This document shows, in pieces, positions 51,240-60,576 of a stretch of 64,000 nucleotides of DNA (positions are counted from its first letter, which is position 1; the number at the start of each line of letters is the position of its first letter). Source of the DNA: Spirochaetia bacterium (GTDB taxonomy: Bacteria; Spirochaetota; Spirochaetia; SZUA-6; Bin103). Under the pieces are notes generated by a model, which searched no databases, was not told where the DNA came from, and was given only the letters and a program-made list of their open reading frames with translations. The stretch lies in assembly GCA_965203055.1 (NCBI GenBank), contig OZ241863.1:1280001-1344000 (forward strand). Direction: 5' to 3'. The translations under genes were made by a program, and so were the position numbers.

Positions 51240-52232
51240 CTAGGCGGTCGGTTGCGGCGCCGGCGCCCGCTGCGGGCGCCGGTCGTAGGGCGTCCAGCCG
51301 CGCTGCGGGCCGGGCGGCCGGCGGCGTTCGTAGCTTTGGCGGAGGCGGTTGAATGCCTCCGCCGAGCGCACCTCCGAGTCGGGGGCGCGGGCGCTGCGCA
51401 CGACGAAGTCGGCCTCCGGCGGGTAGCAGGCGATCTCGCCCTCCGGCCGGTCCCAGGTGAAGTCCTGCGGGGCCTCGCCGACGTTGTTGGGCACCGCGGC
51501 GTCCTGGTAGCGCAGGTCCAGGCTCCAGCGCACCACGCCGGAGCGGTTGGGCGTCGAGCAGTGCGGCGTGAGATTGGTGAGCAGCAGGACGCCGCCGAGG
51601 GGCACCGGCACCGCGAGCGGCGCCGCCGTGGGCGGCAGGTCGGGGTCGTCGATGGCCAGGTAGCCGTGGGGGCCGTTGGCGTAGTGGCGCACCACGCCGC
51701 GGCGGTGGGCGCGCGGCATCACTTCCAGGCAGCCGTTCTCCACGGTCGCGTTCACCAGCGGGATCCAGCAGGTCACGATCAGGTCGCGGTCGCAGTGCGG
51801 GTTGAAGTACCCCGAGTCCTGGTGCCAGGGAACCACCCCGCGCCCCATGCCAGGTATCTTGGGGCGCACGCGGTAGACTGACGACGCCACGATCTCCGGC
51901 CCGATGAGGGACTCCACCACCGCCAGCAACCGGGGGTGGGTGATGACGCCGAACAGCGCCGGCCCGCTGTGCCCGCCGCCGCCCGCGCCCACGATCGGTT
52001 CGAGGATCTCCTCGGTTTCCCGGTAGATGCAGGTGAGGCGCCGTTCGAACGGTTCTTCCTCGTACAGCCGCGAGAGCTTGCCGGCGGCCTGCAGGTCGAC
52101 CGCGGCGCGGTGAATCACCGCGGTGAATTCGTCCCGCAGCGGCTCCAGATCGGCCGCCGCGAACACGTCGGGCACCAGGAGATACCCCTCGCGCTCGAAG
52201 AACTCGGTCTGCCGCCCGCTGAGTACGCTCAT
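51240..52232 (-). CDS. Phytanoyl-CoA dioxygenase (PhyH) family protein
   Basis: VPWHQDSGY, ENGCLEVMP, PHCSTPN; SD GGAGG. Confidence 0.9.
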   Translation of the reverse strand: MSVLSGRQTEFFEREGYLLVPDVFAAADLEPLRDEFTAVIHRAAVDLQAAGKLSRLYEEEPFERRLTCIYRETEEILEPIVGAGGGGHSGPALFGVITHPRLLAVVESLIGPEIVASSVYRVRPKIPGMGRGVVPWHQDSGYFNPHCDRDLIVTCWIPLVNATVENGCLEVMPRAHRRGVVRHYANGPHGYLAIDDPDLPPTAAPLAVPVPLGGVLLLTNLTPHCSTPNRSGVVRWSLDLRYQDAAVPNNVGEAPQDFTWDRPEGEIACYPPEADFVVRSARAPDSEVRSAEAFNRLRQSYERRRPPGPQRGWTPYDRRPQRAPAPQPTA

Positions 52233-52372
52233 GCTCCTCCCCCTCTGCGCGCAAACTATGGTCCACATTCGCGGGCTCCGGCAACCGACACGTCCGCCGC
52301 GCGGGCGCCCACCCCCTGCGCGCGGATTGCATGCTACGATTGCGGCCGCCCAATTACAGGGAGGAGTGACCG

Positions 52373-52795
52373 GTGACCGAGGAGTGGCTGCAGTTCCTGC
52401 GCGACCTCGCGCAGCGAAGAACCGCGCAGGCGCGGCGCGAGGCGCATCGAGCGGAGCGGTTGCGGTGGCGGTGGCTGGCGGCCGGACTTGCGGAAGCGCA
52501 GCGGCTCGCGCTGACCTTTGCCGTGGTGGACCCCGATCTGCACCAAGTGGTGCTGTTCGGCTCGCTGGCCACCGGCGAGTTGGGCAACCGGCAGCCGGAC
52601 GTCGATCTGGCGGTGGAGTCCTCCCGCTACCTGCAACTGGTGGCAATCGCACTGGACAGCCCGTTCAAGGTCGATGTCGTCGATCTTGCGACCGCCCGTC
52701 CGGCCATCCGCCAGGCGGTCGCCCGCTACGGTAAGGTGATATTCGATGCACGATCGAACGCGAATCGAGACGTTGCTGGCCGAGCTGGACGCTGA
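52373..52795 (+). CDS. Minimal nucleotidyltransferase (MNT antitoxin)
   Basis: VLFGSLATG...DVDLAVE, FKVDVVDL; SD GGAGGAG. Confidence 0.8.
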   Translation: MTEEWLQFLRDLAQRRTAQARREAHRAERLRWRWLAAGLAEAQRLALTFAVVDPDLHQVVLFGSLATGELGNRQPDVDLAVESSRYLQLVAIALDSPFKVDVVDLATARPAIRQAVARYGKVIFDARSNANRDVAGRAGR

Positions 52796-52985
52796 CATCG
52801 GCGATTTGGGCGGCCCGGTCGCGGCCAACCGCAAGGCCGCCGGCCGCAACCTCTACGGCTCGCGGCTCGACCCCGACCGGGTGCGCGGCGTGCAATCTCG
52901 CGTGCCGTCCGCGGTGGCCGCGTTGCGCGCGGCGCACGACCGCTTCAGCGCCGCACTGCGAATCATTGCCGAGGCACTCGACTGA
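52746..52985 (+). pseudogene. HEPN-type toxin with central deletion
   Basis: N-terminal helix joined directly to RNLYGSRLDPDRV; only 79 aa; follows the MNT gene. Confidence 0.6.
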
Positions 52986-53030
52986 CCGCCGCAAACCGGG
53001 TATCGTAGCGTCGTTGCCGGAGCCGTTTCG

Positions 53031-53104
53031 GGGCAATTAGCTCAGCTGGATAGAGCGCTGGCCTCCGGAGCCAGAGGTCGTGGGTTCGAATCCCGCATTG
53101 CCCG
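53031..53104 (+). tRNA. tRNA-Arg(CCG)
   Basis: Cloverleaf: acceptor GGGCAAT/ATTGCCC, D arm GCTC/GAGC, anticodon arm CTGGC-CTCCGGA-GCCAG, T loop TTCGAAT; CCA not encoded. Confidence 0.97.
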
Positions 53105-53140
53105 ACTACCCGCGCCGCTCGTACGCCCGCGTCACGCGCG

Positions 53141-54559
53141 TCAGCGGGCTGGTTGAGCTTCCTGCGCTTGCCGGCGCAGGGCCTGATTGCGCAACGCCTG
53201 CTCGCTGACCCGTTCCGGGTCGACGATGTTCAACAGCTCCCGGTGCAGGGCGGCCCGCAGTGGGCGCCGGCCCTCGGCGGCGGCCAGGTCGGTGAACTCG
53301 CCGGGATCTTCGCGCAGGTCGAAGAGCTGCGGCGCGTGTCCTGCGTAGTAGTTGTACTTGTAGTCGCCGCGCCGGATCATGAACCCGCCGGTGAGCATGC
53401 CCTGGGCGTGGTACTCGCTGAACACCGCCCGGTTCGCGGCCTCCGCTCCCGGCCTCGGCCCGTCGAGAAGCTCCTTGAGACTGATGCCCGGCAGACCGTC
53501 CGGCGGCTCCAGGCCGGCGAGGTCGAGGATGGTCGGCAGCAGATCGACCAGCGACACGTTGGCGCCAATCCGCTGCCCGCCGGCCACGTGCGGCGCGCTG
53601 ACGATCAGCGGTACGCGCACCGACGACTCGTAGAAGCACTGCTTCTGCCAGATGCCGTGCCGGCCGGCCATCTCGCCGTGGTCGCTGAGGTAGATCACCA
53701 CCGTGTCGTCGCGCAGCGCGCTGCCTTCGACGACGCGCAGCATCCTCCCCACCAGGTCGTCGGTAAGGGTCACCAGCCCGTAGTAGCTGGCCAGCGCGCG
53801 CCGCTGCAGCGGCTCCGGCAACACCTCGTCATTGCGGAAGAAGTAGCGCAGTTGGCGGATCGCCGGGTGCTGATCCTGCAGGGTCTCGCCGCGCAGGTCA
53901 GCGGGAGTCACGCGCTCCGGGTCGTACTGCCGGTAGTAGCGCGGCGGGCAGGTGAGCGGAAAGTGCGGGTACATCAGGCCGCATACCAGCAGCCACGGGC
54001 GGCCGGAAGGGCAGGCCGCCTTGCCCTCCAGGAAGCGGGTGCTCAGGTCGGTCGCCGTGCGGTCGTAGTCGTACCAGGCGCCGCGCCCGGGACCGCACTC
54101 GGTGACGTGGGAATTGCTCGCGCGCCGCGCCTCCGGGGTGCGCCGCGGCGCGCCCCGGCCCGTCCACGAGTCCAGGTCATCGAGCAGCCGGGTGGTAAAG
54201 CCGCGCAGCCGGTCGCGGCCTACCAGGTGCGTGCGCCCGCACAGTACGGTTTCGTATCCGGCGGCGGTGAGGTAGTGGCCGAACGTCGGGACCTCGGCGG
54301 GCAGCGGCGCACCGTTGTCCCACACCCCGATCCGGTGGCTGTACTGCCCGGTGAGGAAGGACATGCGCGACGGACCGCAGATCGGGTTGTTGCAGTAGGC
54401 GCTGTCGAACACGGTTCCGCCGGCGGCGAGGCGGTCCAGGTTGGGGGTGCGCGCGAGCGGATGGCCGGCGCACCCCATCGCCGCCGGATCGTGCTCGTCC
54501 GACATGATGATGAGCAGGTTGGGCCGGCGTCCAGGTGTGGGAACGGGCTCCGGTGCCAC
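53141..54559 (-). CDS. Sulfatase (choline-sulfatase-like)
   Basis: PNLLIIMSDEHD, CGPSR, SDHGEMAG, WQKQCFYE; start uncertain (GTG 54559). Confidence 0.9.
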   Translation of the reverse strand: MAPEPVPTPGRRPNLLIIMSDEHDPAAMGCAGHPLARTPNLDRLAAGGTVFDSAYCNNPICGPSRMSFLTGQYSHRIGVWDNGAPLPAEVPTFGHYLTAAGYETVLCGRTHLVGRDRLRGFTTRLLDDLDSWTGRGAPRRTPEARRASNSHVTECGPGRGAWYDYDRTATDLSTRFLEGKAACPSGRPWLLVCGLMYPHFPLTCPPRYYRQYDPERVTPADLRGETLQDQHPAIRQLRYFFRNDEVLPEPLQRRALASYYGLVTLTDDLVGRMLRVVEGSALRDDTVVIYLSDHGEMAGRHGIWQKQCFYESSVRVPLIVSAPHVAGGQRIGANVSLVDLLPTILDLAGLEPPDGLPGISLKELLDGPRPGAEAANRAVFSEYHAQGMLTGGFMIRRGDYKYNYYAGHAPQLFDLREDPGEFTDLAAAEGRRPLRAALHRELLNIVDPERVSEQALRNQALRRQAQEAQPAR

Positions 54560-54645
54560 TTCCGGCGGCGACCGTAGGTAAGCGTCAGGCCGCTTGGCGG
54601 CCAAGCCCGGTCCCAGGGTAAGGTGACGTTTCTCGGCGATCTTGA

Positions 54646-55428
54646 TCACCGGTCTACCGGCTCCTGCCGATCCTCGCCGGGGCGGCCGAATCCGGCGCCG
54701 GCGTGGCGGTAGCGATGATGGGCGGCGCACAGCAGCCGGAGATTGTTCGGCTCGGCGCCGCCGCCGCAGGCATACGGCACGACGTGATCGATCTGCAGCA
54801 GGTGTTGGGAGCCGCAGCGGCGCCCGCTGATGCGGTCCACGTAGCGGCAGCGGCCCCGGTCGCGCCGCCACACCTCGCGCTTGACCGCCGCCGGGATGGC
54901 GCGGCCGGTCACGCCGCCCGGCTTCGCTGCCGAAGTTTCGGTCCGCGGCGGCGCAGCCGGCTGCGCGCACGCCGCAGCCGGCCGGCCGAGGCGCCGCGTC
55001 TTCGGCGCCGAAGTGGCGTCGGTCGCCGGCTTCGCTGCCGAAGTGTCCGGGCGGTCAGCGGCTTCGTCTCCCGGCTGCGCCGCCGCCTGAGCCGATGCCT
55101 TCGCCGCCGAAGGAGCGGCGCTGTCCGCGCCGGCCTCCTGCTTCGCTGCCGAGGCAGCGCCGCGAGCCGAGGCCGCCTGCGTCTTCGGCGCCGAAGTTTG
55201 CTCGGCGCCTTTGGCCGGCGCGGCGCGCCGCCCGCGCGGCGGTCGGGCCGGGTCGTGGCGGTCGAGCCCTTCCCGCACCAGCCGCCCCATGAGCTGCCCC
55301 AGGCGGCGCTTCTGAATCTCGCGCAGGTGGTCGATGCGGGAAAGTTCCTTGGTCCGCTCCAGCAAGCGGTCGTCTGAGAGGGCGGAAACGGTAGTGGTGA
55401 CGGCCCCGGCGGAAGCCTGATTGTTCAT
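54646..55428 (-). CDS. DUF222-like/HNH endonuclease, copy 4, with in-frame internal deletions (260 aa)
   Basis: KELSRI|DHLREIQKRR|LGQLMGRLV junctions relative to copy 1; repeat linker and complete HNH retained. Confidence 0.8.
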   Translation of the reverse strand: MNNQASAGAVTTTVSALSDDRLLERTKELSRIDHLREIQKRRLGQLMGRLVREGLDRHDPARPPRGRRAAPAKGAEQTSAPKTQAASARGAASAAKQEAGADSAAPSAAKASAQAAAQPGDEAADRPDTSAAKPATDATSAPKTRRLGRPAAACAQPAAPPRTETSAAKPGGVTGRAIPAAVKREVWRRDRGRCRYVDRISGRRCGSQHLLQIDHVVPYACGGGAEPNNLRLLCAAHHRYRHAGAGFGRPGEDRQEPVDR

Positions 55429-55465
55429 GACATAAGTATAATCATGGAAACTACTTGAGTCAAGT
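55429..55465 (-). promoter_or_regulatory. Sigma70-type leaderless promoter of HNH copy 4
   Basis: Identical to 3489..3525: TTGACT-17 bp-TATACT, then 6 nt to ATG. Confidence 0.75.
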
Positions 55466-55589
55466 TTCGTCGGGCTAGGAAACCGCAAGCGGCGTGATTC
55501 AGGGAGCATTTCCAAGCGACTGGACGTTCCATCAGATGCTACTGCCGAGAATGTCGCGGTCGGCAAAAGGGCGCGATCTGCCGGGTACC

Positions 55590-55766
55590 GAGGGGCCGGC
55601 TTTCGGCGCCCGCAGCGGGCTTCGGCGCTGGCGCGGGCGGCGTTGAGGGCAAGCAGGCGGGCGAGCACTTCGTCGCGGACTCCGGCGCGGTCCATGGCGG
55701 CGTGCAGCGCGGCGCGGTACTCGTAGTACGCCTTGCCGGCGGCTTCGAGGGCGGGATCGGTACCAA
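55590..55766 (-). pseudogene. C-terminal remnant of a type IIG/IIL (MmeI/Eco57I-like) R-M enzyme
   Basis: ALEAAGKAYYEYRA|ALHAAMDRA|VRDEVLARLLALNAARA: conserved C-terminal helices with internal deletions. Confidence 0.65.
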
Positions 55767-55946
55767 CAAATTGGAAGCGCGCCCCCGCGCCTGGAGGCGC
55801 AAGACCGCCCACGGGAATTCCTGATAACCCGGTTTCGCGGCGCGAAGGCTTGACCTGATCGGCGGACCTGCTAAGATTCGATGACCTAGTGAGCGGCACG
55901 CCGTCTCGCCTTGAGCGACGTCGCGTGAGCTGCCGAGGAGAGGAAC

Positions 55947-56224
55947 ATGGGCGAGAAAACGATGACCGCCAGTGCTCTGCGCCAGCACCTGATCGACAAG
56001 GCGACCGCGGACAGCGAGTTTCGCAACCAACTGGTAGCGGAACCCAAGGCCGCGATCGAGGCGGAAACCGGCCTCACCGTGCCCTCCGAGTTCAACGTCG
56101 AGGTGCACCAGGACACGGCGACTACCGGTCACCTGGTCCTGCCGCCTCCGCCGAGCTCGGAGAAGCCGATCTGGCGCAGGCCGCCGGCGGCTACGACTGG
56201 TCCACTTTTGGACAAAACTGGTAG
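55947..56224 (+). CDS. NHLP (nitrile-hydratase-like leader) RiPP precursor with a 1-nt frameshift
   Basis: KATADSEFRNQLVAEPKAAIEAETGL.VP....VEVH...HLVLPP, then in the shifted frame SAELGEADLAQAAGG|YDWSTFGQNW*; SD GAGGA. Confidence 0.8.
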
Positions 56225-56335
56225 CCGCCGGCCGCTACGGGTGTCCTGCCCCACCGGCGGGCACACTCAGCGCTATAGGCCGCCCCCGCCTGGTCTTGAT
56301 TGCCGCTCTCCGGATCATACTGCTACGATGCGGTA

Positions 56336-57412
56336 ATGAGCCCCGGACGCGAGTCCCGCCCCCGCTACGACGAGCGGTACAAGATGCTGTTCGCCTTCCC
56401 GCGCATGGTCCAAGACCTCGTGCGCGCCTTCTTCAGCGGCGAGCAGCTCGCTACCGTTGACTTCTCGACGCTGCAGAAGCTGTCGGCGGAGTACGTCAGC
56501 GACGAGTTGCTGAAGCGCCACGGGGACGCCGTATGGCGGCTGCGGGTGGGAGACGAGTGGGCCTATCTGCTGGTGCTGCTGGAGTTCCAGTCGCGCGATG
56601 ACTACTACATGGCGTTGCGCATCCTGGTCTACGTCAGCCTGATGTACCAGGAGTGGTTGCGCAACGAGAGTCGGAGGAGGCGGGACGGACAGGACGGGCA
56701 GGAGGCGCGCCGCTTGCCGGCGGTGCTGCCGGTAGTGCTCTACAACGGCACGGCGCCGTGGGACGCGCCGCAGGAAGTGGGCGAGTTGATCGCGCCGGTG
56801 GGGCAGTGGCTGGCGGCGTACCAGCCGGCGCAGCGCTACTTCGTAGTGGACGAGCAGCGGGTCGGGGCGGACACGGTGCCGCGCGGGAATCTGATGCGGG
56901 CGGTGGTGGGGCTGGAGCAGAGTCGGTCGCCGGAGGACTTGTTGCGGGTAGCGAACGCGCTGGCGGAGTGGCTGGCGGGGTCGGAACACGAGGAGTTGCG
57001 ACGGGTGTTCGAGGACTGGCTGCGGAGTTCGATGGAGCGGATCAAGCGGAAGGGGGAGAAGCTGCCGGAGATGAAGAACCTGGAGGAGGTACGGATGACG
57101 CTGGAAGATCGAGTGAAGGAGTGGCCGGCGCAGTGGATGCGGGAAGGCCGCGAGCAAGGCCTTGCGCAGGGACTTGAGCAAGGACTTGCGCAGGGACTTG
57201 AGCAAGGCCGCGAGCAGGGACTTGAACACGAACGAGCGCTGTTGCGCCGTATGGCAGCGTTGCGGTTCGGTGCGGAGGCCGGCGAGCGTGCGGCGGCTCT
57301 GATGGCGGATATCGGGGAAGCGGATCAACTGGCCGACGTCGGCGACTGCCTGGTGCAGTCCGGCGACGGCGACCAATTTCTGGCACGAGTAGCGTCTATC
57401 GCGCAGGCGTGA
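56336..57412 (+). CDS. Rpn/YhgA-like PD-(D/E)XK nuclease (Transposase_31 family)
   Basis: DERYKMLF, RHGDAVWRL, LLEFQS, PAVLPVVLYNG; GREQ/GLEQ 12-bp repeats in the C-terminus. Confidence 0.9.
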   Translation: MSPGRESRPRYDERYKMLFAFPRMVQDLVRAFFSGEQLATVDFSTLQKLSAEYVSDELLKRHGDAVWRLRVGDEWAYLLVLLEFQSRDDYYMALRILVYVSLMYQEWLRNESRRRRDGQDGQEARRLPAVLPVVLYNGTAPWDAPQEVGELIAPVGQWLAAYQPAQRYFVVDEQRVGADTVPRGNLMRAVVGLEQSRSPEDLLRVANALAEWLAGSEHEELRRVFEDWLRSSMERIKRKGEKLPEMKNLEEVRMTLEDRVKEWPAQWMREGREQGLAQGLEQGLAQGLEQGREQGLEHERALLRRMAALRFGAEAGERAAALMADIGEADQLADVGDCLVQSGDGDQFLARVASIAQA

Positions 57413-57565
57413 TGGCAGTCAGATCGTGCTCGGTGAGACGGAACCGCGCGAGTTGCGAGCGGACGAAGCTGTCGTAGACGTCGCCCAGGCGCTCCTGGTA
57501 TTCCTCGTCGAGGTCGTTGTGCCACTGCTTGACGAGTACCGGCAGCTCAGGAGCCAACCCAACGG
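57396..57565 (-). pseudogene. Extreme C-terminal fragment of a BREX-2 PglX
   Basis: GLAPELPVLVKQWHNDLDEEYQERLGDVYDSFV...LTEHDLTA resembles the QWHN..D..Y...G C-terminus of type 2 PglX. Confidence 0.6.
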
Positions 57566-57645
57566 CACGGCTGCGGCGGGCGGCGACGGGACCTGACGAC
57601 GCGCCCGAATCTGCCTGCGACCGCGGTGAACGAGGAGAATCCTGC

Positions 57646-58839
57646 ATGCCGGTGAATGCTCAGTGGCGCCCGTTGGCGGAGGTGCGCAAGGAGTTGCGGG
57701 TGCGGTGGTACCGCAGCCCGATCGAACCGGCGAAGCTGCGCGAGTTGATGCGACGCAGCGACCTGCGCGGCGCGTTCCAGGCCGTGGGGCACTTGGCGCT
57801 GGCCGCCGGCACCGGCGCGCTGACCTACTATCTGTTCACCCAGCGGCTGTGGGCGGCGTTCGCGCTGGCGCTGCTGTTCCACGGCGGCGTGACCAGCTTC
57901 TTCTTTGCCGCCTGCCACGAGCTGGATCACGGCACGGTGTTCAAGACCAAGTGGCTCAACCGCTTGTTCCTGCGCATCTACGCGTTTCTGGCGTGGTTCA
58001 ACTACCACGACTACGCGCTCAGCCACACCTATCATCACCGTTACACGCTGCACCCGGACGGCGACCGCGAAGTGGTGCTGCCCAAGACGCCGTCGCTGCG
58101 CGCGCTCTACCTGCTGCAGTTGTGCACCTTCAGCGTCACCGGCGGCTTCGAGTCCAACGGATTGATCCCGCTGCTGCACGGCGTGGGCGGCACCGCCTTC
58201 GGCTTCTTCCCCGGCCCTTCGGCGCGGAGCGCCCCGGGGGCTGCCGGGCGCGTCGGCGAGGCGTGGGTGCGGGCGCTGTACGAAGCTCACCCCGAGGAGC
58301 GCGCCAAGTCGGTGCGCTGGGCGCGGCTGACGCTGCTGGGCCATGCCCTGGTGATCGTTGCCGGGGCGGCGTCCGGACTCTGGCTGCTGCCGCTGCTGGT
58401 GAGCTTCCCGCTGCTGTTCGGCAACGTGTGGCGCTACTTCGTGGGCGTGCCGATGCACTGCGGTCTGCGCGACAACGTGCCCGACTTCCGCAAGTGCGTG
58501 CGTTCGATCACGTTGGACCCGCTGTCCACGTTCGTGTACTGGCGCATGAACTGGCACCTGGAGCACCACATGTACGCGGGCGTGCCGTGCTACAACCTGC
58601 GCCGCCTGCGCCGCGCGCTGGCTGCCGACCTGCCGCCGGCGCGCACGTTGTTCGGCGCCTGGCGCGAGATGCGCGCCATCTGGAAGCGGCAGCAGAGTGA
58701 GCCCGGCTACCAGTACGACACCCCGGTGCCGGCGCCGGCGCGCGCCGCGGCGTCCGCCGGCCGCAACGACGACGATGATGATCTCGGCGCCTCGATCGGC
58801 GACCTGGCGCCCGGGATCCTGGCCCGCGCCGGCGCTTAG
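57646..58839 (+). CDS. Membrane fatty-acid desaturase family protein
   Basis: Three His boxes HELDH, HTYHH, HLEHH; TM segments; SD GAGGAG. Confidence 0.88.
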   Translation: MPVNAQWRPLAEVRKELRVRWYRSPIEPAKLRELMRRSDLRGAFQAVGHLALAAGTGALTYYLFTQRLWAAFALALLFHGGVTSFFFAACHELDHGTVFKTKWLNRLFLRIYAFLAWFNYHDYALSHTYHHRYTLHPDGDREVVLPKTPSLRALYLLQLCTFSVTGGFESNGLIPLLHGVGGTAFGFFPGPSARSAPGAAGRVGEAWVRALYEAHPEERAKSVRWARLTLLGHALVIVAGAASGLWLLPLLVSFPLLFGNVWRYFVGVPMHCGLRDNVPDFRKCVRSITLDPLSTFVYWRMNWHLEHHMYAGVPCYNLRRLRRALAADLPPARTLFGAWREMRAIWKRQQSEPGYQYDTPVPAPARAAASAGRNDDDDDLGASIGDLAPGILARAGA

Positions 58840-58872
58840 CCGGCCGCCCGGCGCAGGCTTACTCTAATCTAA

Positions 58873-59694
58873 CTAACGGTCGCCGCCGCCGATGGAGGCC
58901 AGCCCCCTGCGGAAGTAGGCCCCGACCGTGAAGTAGAGCACGATGACCGGCAGCATGTAGATCAGGCACATGGTCGCCAGCTTGGGGAAGTCCACGTCCT
59001 CGTCCAGTCCGAAGGCGGTGAACAGCCCCACGGAGACCGGGTACCGGTCGGTACTGCTGAGCAGCACCAGGGGCATGATGAAGCCGCCCCACGCGGCATC
59101 GAACGACAACACGCCCACCGCGCCGATTCCGGGCACGATGAGCGGCAGGACCACCGCGCGGAGGATCTTCAGCCGGGTGGCCCCGTCGAGTTGCGCCGCC
59201 TCCTCCAGTTCGACCGGCACGGCGTCGATCGAGCCCTTCATGATCCACAGGTTGAACGGCGTGGTGATGCCGACGTACACCAGGATCAGGCCGAAGTGAG
59301 TGTCGAGCAGCCCCAGCGCCAGCATCATCCCGAACACCGGTACGATGATCAGCGTCGATGGAATGACGCGGGTGAGGATGATCGCGTACATCAGCGTCGC
59401 CTTGCCGCGGAACGTGCCCCGCGACAGGGCGTAGCCGCCGGTCACGCTGGCGGCCAGCGCGAGCACGGTGGTGGAGCCGGCGATGAGCAGGCTGTTGCGC
59501 GTCCAGCGCAGGGTCTGTCCGGTGAACGCCGCGCGCAGATTGTCGAACGTGGGCTGCGCCGGGAGGCGCAACCGCAGATTCGCCTGCGTCGAGAGTGAGG
59601 TGAAGATCAGCCACAGGTAGGGCGCGAACACGTAGATCAGCAGGACCGCGAACGCCAGATAGACGGCGCCGCGCAGCAGCCTAGACCGCAACAC
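58873..59694 (-). CDS. Carbohydrate ABC transporter permease
   Basis: VPVELEEAAQLDGA. Confidence 0.92.
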   Translation of the reverse strand: MLRSRLLRGAVYLAFAVLLIYVFAPYLWLIFTSLSTQANLRLRLPAQPTFDNLRAAFTGQTLRWTRNSLLIAGSTTVLALAASVTGGYALSRGTFRGKATLMYAIILTRVIPSTLIIVPVFGMMLALGLLDTHFGLILVYVGITTPFNLWIMKGSIDAVPVELEEAAQLDGATRLKILRAVVLPLIVPGIGAVGVLSFDAAWGGFIMPLVLLSSTDRYPVSVGLFTAFGLDEDVDFPKLATMCLIYMLPVIVLYFTVGAYFRRGLASIGGGDR

Positions 59695-60550
59695 GGTTCA
59701 GCCTGATGTAGAGCAGCCCCAGTCCCACCGTCAGCGCCAGAATCACGGTGCTCGCCGCGCCGGCGTAGCCGAGGGCCATCTGCTGGAACGCCTCGTTGTA
59801 GAGGTAGATGGCGAATACCTCGGTGCGCCCGAGCGGACCGCCGCCGGTCAGCCCGTACACCATGTCGAACGCCAGCAGGGTGCCGAAGGTGCTCATCAGC
59901 ACGGTCAGCAGGATGCTGTAGCGGATCATCGGGAGCTTGATTCGCAGGAAGGTCTGCCAGGCGGAGGCGCCGTCGATCTTGGAGGCGTCGTAGACGGTTG
60001 AGGGAATGCTCTCCAGACCTGACGACAGCAGGATGAACGCCACCGCCATGCCGCGCGACCAGTTGGCCATGAGAATGGAGATCAGCGGGTAGTTGCGCAG
60101 CCAGTCGATGCGCGTCAGGCCGATGAGCTGCAGCAGATCGTTGAGCGAGCCGTAGTCGACGTTCAGTACGCTGCGCCACATGTAGCCGACCACCAGGCCC
60201 GGCGTCAGCCACGGAATGAGCATGCTCACCGAGATCACCTTGGTGAAGCGGATGCGCGGCACTCTGATCAGGTTGGCATACAGCAGGCCAAGCGCGACGT
60301 GCCCGATCACGGCCAGCAGCACGAAGGAAAAGGTGACCGCGGCGCTGTTGTAGAAGTCGCGGTCCTGCAGCAGGCGCGCGAAGTTGCGCAGGCCGACGAA
60401 GCTCACCCCGCGGGTTGCATCGGCCCACAGGTTGAAGTCGGTGAACCCGAGGGCGAAGGTCCAGAAGAACGGCGCCACGAACACGGCCATGATCATGGCC
60501 AGTCCCGGCACGAGAAACAGATAGGGTTGTCGCCGCAGTCGTTGCGCCAC
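59681..60550 (-). CDS. Carbohydrate ABC transporter permease
   Basis: IPSTVYDASKIDGA, LTGGGPLGRT. Confidence 0.92.
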   Translation of the reverse strand: MAQRLRRQPYLFLVPGLAMIMAVFVAPFFWTFALGFTDFNLWADATRGVSFVGLRNFARLLQDRDFYNSAAVTFSFVLLAVIGHVALGLLYANLIRVPRIRFTKVISVSMLIPWLTPGLVVGYMWRSVLNVDYGSLNDLLQLIGLTRIDWLRNYPLISILMANWSRGMAVAFILLSSGLESIPSTVYDASKIDGASAWQTFLRIKLPMIRYSILLTVLMSTFGTLLAFDMVYGLTGGGPLGRTEVFAIYLYNEAFQQMALGYAGAASTVILALTVGLGLLYIRLNRVAV

Positions 60551-60576
60551 CGGCGCGCCTTCAGCTTCCTCCCGCG

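Noticed and set aside
53031..53104. tRNA-Arg as attachment site of an integrated island or prophage
   Set aside because: No integrase, no phage genes and no duplicated tRNA 3' end noticed in the window
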